A DNA stretch of 64,000 nt, from NCBI GenBank assembly GCA_043228905.1, contig JBHGNT010000010.1:9486001-9550000 (forward strand). The letters run 5' to 3'. Below are positions 60,802 to 64,000 of this stretch, one piece after another (the first letter of the stretch is position 1; each line of letters opens with the position of its first letter). The notes beneath the pieces are model-generated. The model was not told where the DNA came from, did no database searches, and saw only the letters and a program-made list of their open reading frames with translations. The DNA comes from Azolla caroliniana. Its lineage: Eukaryota; Plantae; Polypodiophyta. Position numbers and translations under genes: made by a program.

Positions 60802-62229
60802 ATGGAAGAAGAAGACATCATGGAAGCAATGGCGAGGATGGTGAGGGATTTTGCAAGGCAAAGAGAAAGACGGGACGAGGCGTACGAGTATGATCGACGC
60901 GAGTTTGGTCTATGGGTAGCATCGGTGAAGCCTCCTCAGAGCGTAATGAAAGCATTCCGAGAGTTCGAGCATCGTTTTGCTCAACTCTCGGATCGGGATC
61001 GAAGATCGGTGGGGGCGGACAAGGTCCTACTATTTTTAAAGTCGGTCGATGAAAAAGGGAGAATGGCCATTTTACCCGAACTCGAAGACGATAAAGGGGT
61101 GTACGGCCTCATTGAGGATTGGAACGAGGTAGAGAGGGTATACCGACAACACGAGGAGATGCGATCATCCACAACACGGCCCGCAAGCGGCGGCGAAAGG
61201 AGGATGGTGAGTGACTACGTGTCACCACCGACGGAGGAAAGCTCACCGCGGAATGGTTCGGTGGAGCTAGACATTGAAGCCTTGGTACGGGAAGCGTACG
61301 AGATCGTGAAGGCACAAATCGAAGCCGAAGAAGGGTCTACTATGGAGACGGGCCCGAGAGGATCGGAGGACGCGGAGGAAGACGCCTCCCTACACACGAA
61401 GGACGGGGCCTATGCGGAGGCCGAAAGAACGTACAACGGTGACATGGGAGAGGGTGCGGAGCGAGCCACTCTCTCATCTTGTGGGAAAAGGACGGCCACG
61501 GATAAGGCCGGGAACTATGGAGCAATGAACACCACTTCGAGAGTGGGCGTAAGTTTTGGGATGCAATTGCCTGAAACATTCTACGAGGAGGTAGCAAGCA
61601 TAATTGAGGCTTGCGGAATCAAGGAAGAGATAGCCATAGACCACGACGTCCAAATGAAAGTGGCTACGAACATGACATCGGCGAGTGATGGTGCCGAGAC
61701 TTTTCCCACACCTATTCTAGAGACTTTGGCGGTTGGCCCCGAGAACCCACGTGAGACCGGAGAGACGGAAGGTGGCGGTGGCAAAGCGGGCAACCAAGAC
61801 GAGGACGAGGAGAACGAGGACGAGGAGGTAGCAAGCATAATCGAGGCTTGCGTAACCAAGGAAGAGATAGCCACGAACCACGACGTCCAAATGAAATTGG
61901 CTACGAACATGACATCGGCGAGTGATGGTACCGAGACTTTTCCCACACCTATTCTAGAGACTTCGGTGGTCGGCCCCGAGAGCCCATGTGAGACGGGAGA
62001 GACGGAAGGTGACGGAAGCAAAGTGGGTGACCGAAACGAGAACGAGGAAGATTGTAGCGGATGGAGGAGAGACCCCTTGACACCGAGACCAGAGACTACG
62101 GCAGTTGCGCCCGAGTGCGGACATAAGACCGGAGAGGTGGGCAGTGGCCGTGAGGAGGCGTGGCCCGGAGCGGGCACATATGAAGAGGATGCGAGGCCCG
62201 GAATGGGCATATCCAAAGGTACTAAATAA
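60802..62229 (+). CDS. Gag-derived protein with a long acidic, internally repeated C-terminal region
   Basis: N-terminus FREFEHRFAQLSDRDRRSVGADKVLLFLKSVD...LEDDKG..LIEDW resembles the gag at 35132-35922. 79-aa repeat at 61584 and 61821. No zinc knuckle or protease motif seen. Confidence 0.7.
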   Translation: MEEEDIMEAMARMVRDFARQRERRDEAYEYDRREFGLWVASVKPPQSVMKAFREFEHRFAQLSDRDRRSVGADKVLLFLKSVDEKGRMAILPELEDDKGVYGLIEDWNEVERVYRQHEEMRSSTTRPASGGERRMVSDYVSPPTEESSPRNGSVELDIEALVREAYEIVKAQIEAEEGSTMETGPRGSEDAEEDASLHTKDGAYAEAERTYNGDMGEGAERATLSSCGKRTATDKAGNYGAMNTTSRVGVSFGMQLPETFYEEVASIIEACGIKEEIAIDHDVQMKVATNMTSASDGAETFPTPILETLAVGPENPRETGETEGGGGKAGNQDEDEENEDEEVASIIEACVTKEEIATNHDVQMKLATNMTSASDGTETFPTPILETSVVGPESPCETGETEGDGSKVGDRNENEEDCSGWRRDPLTPRPETTAVAPECGHKTGEVGSGREEAWPGAGTYEEDARPGMGISKGTK

Positions 62230-62901
62230 GAGGCCGGGAGTGGCAAAGAGGAGAGAGTTGGGAACCGACCCGACCGAAAGACGAACTGGTCGATAATCCG
62301 ACACGACTGGAAGACGACGCGGAAGAAGTTTGGAGCTGGGGCTGATCAACCGGGCCTGACCGGAAAGGCAGCAGACTCGGCCGGAATTGTTCGGCCGAGC
62401 CCGACACGACCGAATACGAATGTGGAAGTAGGCCGACCAAGCCAAAAACCGAACGACCAAGACCAGTCCCAAAAAGGGCTAAGCTGGCCTAATTGGAGAT
62501 CATGGCGAGTGAACCGCAACACTCGGTGGGAGGCGGTGAACACGAAGAGGCCAAGCATGCACGAGGAGTACAACTCGGCGGGAGACCGAGAGCGAGAGGA
62601 ACCCTCCACACCTATCCTTCAGACTTTGGCGGTTGCGGGTCGACGTGAGACCAAAGAGATGGTGGGTGGCAGCGAGGAGTCGGAAGTCGGAGCGAACAAG
62701 GATACTAGAACGGGCATCCGATACGGAATGACGGATGAGCGGGGCCAAGACGATAAACCGGAGCCGGAAGGGGCTATGGCAACGAAGGGAGAAGAGGCTG
62801 ACGCGGAGGTCAGGACTACGGCGGAAGAAGCGTGTAACACGAACCATGCATTATGGCGTAAAACGAAGCATGCACTACGGCTGGCGAAGGGCCAACAAGC
62901 A

Positions 62902-64000
62902 CCTAGTAGCTAATTAGCTACTGGCAACTAATTAGCTATCCTACTAGCTAATTAGCTATCATAGTAGCTAATTAGCTACTGACATAGTTGTGTAAAGTAG
63001 CTAATAAGCTATCCTAGTAGCTAATTAGCTACTGGCAGCTAATTAGCTGTCCTAGTAGCTAATAAGCTATCCTAGCTATTGCATAGTTGAGAAAGTAGCT
63101 AATTAGCTTTCATTGTAGCTAATTAGCTATCCTAGCTACCACCATAGTTAGTAAAGTAGCTAATTAGCTATCCTAGCTACTACCATAGTTAGTAAAGTAG
63201 CTAATTAGCTATCCTAGCTACTACCATAGTTGAGTAAAGTAGCTAATTAGCTATCCTAGCTACTACCATAGTTGAGTAAAGTAGCTAATTAGCTACCATA
63301 GTAGCTAATTAGCTATCCTAGCTACTACTATAGTTGTGTAAAGTAGCTAATAAGCTATCCTACTAGCTAATTAGCTATCCTAGTAAGTAATTAGCTATGG
63401 TACTAGCTAATTAGCTAGTACTATAGTTGTGTAAAAAAGCTAATTAGGTATCCTACTAGATAATTAGCCACTGGCAACTAATTAGCTATCCTAGTAACTA
63501 ATTAGCTACTGCCATAGTTGTGTAAAGTAGCTAATAAGCTATCCTAGTAGCTAATTAGCTACTAGCAGCTAATTAGCTATCCTAGTAGCTAATTAGCTAT
63601 CCTACTAGCTAATTAGCTAGTACCATAGTTGTGTAAAAAAGCTAATTAGCTATCCTACTAGCTAATTAGCTACTGCCAACTAATTAGCTATCCTAGTAGC
63701 TAATTAGCTATCCTACTAGCTAATTAGCTGCTGGCAACTAATTAGCTATCCTACTAGCGAATTAGCTATCCTAGTAGCTACTGCCATAGTTGTGTAAAGT
63801 AGCTAATAAGCTATCCTAGTAGCTAATTAGCTACTGGCAGCTAATTAGCTATCCTAGTAGCTAATTAGCTACTGGCAGCTAATTAGCTGTCCTAGTAGCT
63901 AATAAGCTATCCTAGCTACTACATAGTTCAGAAAGTAGCTAATTAGCTATCCTAGCTACTACCATAGTTAGTAAAGTAGCTAATTAGCTATCCTAGCTAC
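62902..64000. repeat. Tandem array built on the palindrome TAGCTAATTAGCTA
   Basis: Dozens of exact or near-exact palindrome copies separated by a small set of linkers (TCCTAG, TCCTAC, CTGGCA, CATAGTTGTGTAAAG). Confidence 0.97.

Larger units (their letters stand above)
60143..64000 (+). mobile_element. tRNA-Trp-primed gypsy-derived element (5' LTR, PBS, gag-derived ORF, tandem array); runs off the window
   Basis: LTR 60143-60757 starts TGTCGTGAAGA and shares its 3' end (CCAAGACCCCCGTGGT...TTCTACACGCACGCG) with LTR 35980-36642. PBS TGGTGAACCCGACGTGAA at 60762-60779. Confidence 0.9.

Noticed and set aside
62902-64000. CRISPR-like array
   Set aside because: Linkers are reused rather than unique spacers, spacing is irregular, the context is eukaryotic, and no cas genes are present.

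Overview
Land-plant nuclear DNA (transposon content looks fern/non-seed-plant-like; that is an inference). Positions ~1-50 kb are a deeply nested pile of LTR retrotransposons: several Ty1/copia families, a Tat-like Ty3/gypsy with an extra archaeal-type RNase H, and a tRNA-Trp-primed gypsy. Several insertions have verifiable target-site duplications (TSDs) and one copia is intact with matching LTRs. A 7-exon STAR/KH RNA-binding protein gene lies at 51628-56930, followed by gypsy remnants and a palindromic tandem array running off the right edge. The best candidate for an undescribed system is a non-autonomous LTR family (2054-4525, 6992-10444, related solo LTR 33546-34170). Its two copies carry different host-gene fragments in the same slot: an RH33/RH48-like DEAD-box helicase N-terminus and an apparently spliced CSLC glycosyltransferase segment. 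Where the polypurine tract (PPT) should be, both copies have a copy of a tRNA-Arg 3' end, giving two inward-facing primer-binding sites (PBS). All family assignments come from motif recognition by eye; no database searches were run.
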